From: Tubiluchus corallicola
Taxonomy: Eukaryota > Animalia > Priapulida
DNA: 64,000 nt
Reading direction: 5' to 3'
Assembly: GCA_030141605.1 (NCBI GenBank)
Contig: JAQGDQ010002366.1
Location: 442,660 to 506,659, forward strand
In this document: positions 62,032 through 64,000 of the stretch, one piece after another
Position numbering within the stretch: position 1 is the first letter of the stretch
How the letters are laid out: each line of letters opens with the position of its first letter
Notes under the pieces: generated by a model
Told to the model about the DNA's origin: nothing
Seen by the model: only the letters and a program-made list of their open reading frames with translations
The model's database searches: none
Made by a program: the position numbers and the translations under genes

Positions 62032-64000
62032 CTACACAAGAAGATTAAATAAAATACATGTTAACTGGTGAAATATAAAATACAATGCTTGGCTAGATTA
62101 TCATCAACGACAAAACATTTTGATATAGTTTCCATTATGTGTGACTCCTTACCATAACTTAGCAAGACATAGTTTTCCAGAAGAAAGGGCAACTTTCTTT
62201 CCTTGACATGTAAAGCTGGATAGGCCCACTAATTTCTGTTAATAATACGAAAAATTTACTTAACATTTGGGAGTTTTGGAAAATCTGCTTGAATTTTTTA
62301 ATTTGGCAGTTGAAAGTAGCCTGAAACTGTTGATGTCACCTTCAGATGTAATTGGTTAAATGTTTCTTGTGTGCTGACTAAATATTTTGTATAGACAGCT
62401 ATTGATAATTCAATTCATATGGTTTACCTTTTAGTTCTCCATCCTTATACCAACCAGTTTAACATCATATTTCAGATATACTAATCACCATGATAATTTT
62501 GTTACATTATATCATATCGTTGCTTACTTACTTTATTCACTTATCTCCTAGGTCACATTAAAGTGCTTTACAGCCTTTACAGGGAATATTATTAGGACAT
62601 TTTGTAATGCAAATTGAAATTATATGAGATTGAAGAACTTGAGCAATTACTATTCTCACCTCAGTTGCTCTACAAAGTGAACTTAACACATTACGAGTAA
62701 TGCTTTAAGAGCAATTAAAGCAGTGGTACAAAGGTTCCAATAATAATAAAGCAAGAGGCCCAGTCGAGTTTTTTATCGTCTTGATGTTTATATTACGTAT
62801 AAAAGAAAGAGAATTGTGCATTGTTCTGACCTGGATACTTTGAATATTCTGTATTGCATGAAATTTTGCAAATGTGGCAATCATTTGTGCGTAGCTAGTA
62901 GAATTTCTGCAAAACGGAACGTCTGAGTTGCAGTACCAAAAGTTTTCAACTTCCAATTTTTTCCATGTAAGCAGTTCTTCTATAAATGATTCTTTCAAAA
63001 TATTAGGCAAACATCAATGCAAATAGCATTTATACCAGGGCATATTACCTGAAGCCTTTGAAAACGTGTTTCACGGCTAGATTTAAACGTCGATAAAATG
63101 ACATACACAGACTTTTATAATCATCTGCTAACTTGTTACAATTTTCACCAACAGATGTCCCCGCTATCCAATGCGCTATAGTCAACGACACAGCGTCAAA
63201 CACTCCTTCAGATGGATTATTTTAATACTTGACAATCAGGATACCATGCGTCATGGCAAAAATATTTAATTTTTTTAAAAATAATTACGTATTAGATGAT
63301 TTCCAATCTAAGCAAAATTTTAAAAACTATTGAATACGAACTATTTTAATCTGAATAAGAATGTGTTGAATCACCATTGATACAGTAAAAATGTTCACTA
63401 AACTATACTTTATAATATTTCGGAATATTTTAACAAGTTCCACTATACGAAACGTCCTTAGGATTGATGAGCACTTCAAAACACTGGTAATTTTAAAAAC
63501 TTGTGCCAAATTTAACACTTGAAACTAGATCATAATTGTCAACAAATTATCGATAAACTGCACGTTTGTTGACTATTAAAGAAATATAAAAATCACTTTC
63601 ATTGTAAGGCTTAGTAGTTTATCTAATAACCTATGTATAGTTTTGTAGACTGTTAAACTAGAACTCATAGAGAAAAACGACAAAACCTCTACATTTCATT
63701 AACTATGAAAATTACCCAGAATAAACATCTTAGGTTACAGGAACTAGTCTGACCAGATATAACTATTCCTTACACAGAATGAGATTATTTCATACTTCAT
63801 GCACAAAGAAAGGTTTACAGAAAGAAGCAGTTGAATACTTATTTTTTTGGATCCGAACAAAGTGCTGGATCCGCAGATTATTGATCATGTTGTTGGTGTT
63901 GTTGCCATTACATTTATCTTTGAAACGTATCACAGGGTAATGAGGCCAGTGAGACCACAGTTTTCATTGTGTATAAAGATACAATAGGAACAACCGCACA

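Noticed and set aside
62153-63210. Candidate upstream CYP exons (donors near 62152, 62428 and 63048)
   Set aside because: None gives a convincing in-phase P450 N-terminal sequence (no PPGP or FxxRP motif; the 63048 candidate has an in-frame stop). The real exons are probably beyond the window.

Overview
AT-rich, intron-rich invertebrate (metazoan) nuclear DNA; there is no sign of prokaryotic operons or CRISPR. Five host genes could be reconstructed by hand with phase-consistent splice sites: the 3' part of SMG6/EST1A (19 exons, +, ends 17444, one GC-AG intron); WDR45/WIPI4 (-, uninterrupted CDS); VPS41 (+, uninterrupted 850-aa CDS); an 11-exon secreted pancreatic-lipase-like gene (+); and the last four exons of a CYP2-clan P450 (-), whose N-terminal exons were not found. 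Introns and intergenic DNA carry many TE relics: CR1/L2- and RTE-type LINE fragments, a tRNA-derived SINE, hAT, pogo and Harbinger-type MITEs, foldbacks and a Helentron-like array. The most unusual item is a decayed CR1-like LINE (about 25.4-29.2 kb, -) whose 5' coding region encodes a KH RNA-binding domain and a protein-level repeat ahead of APE-RT. It lies between the head-to-head WIPI4 and VPS41 genes, both of which lack coding introns. All family assignments come from motifs recognised by eye; no database searches were run.
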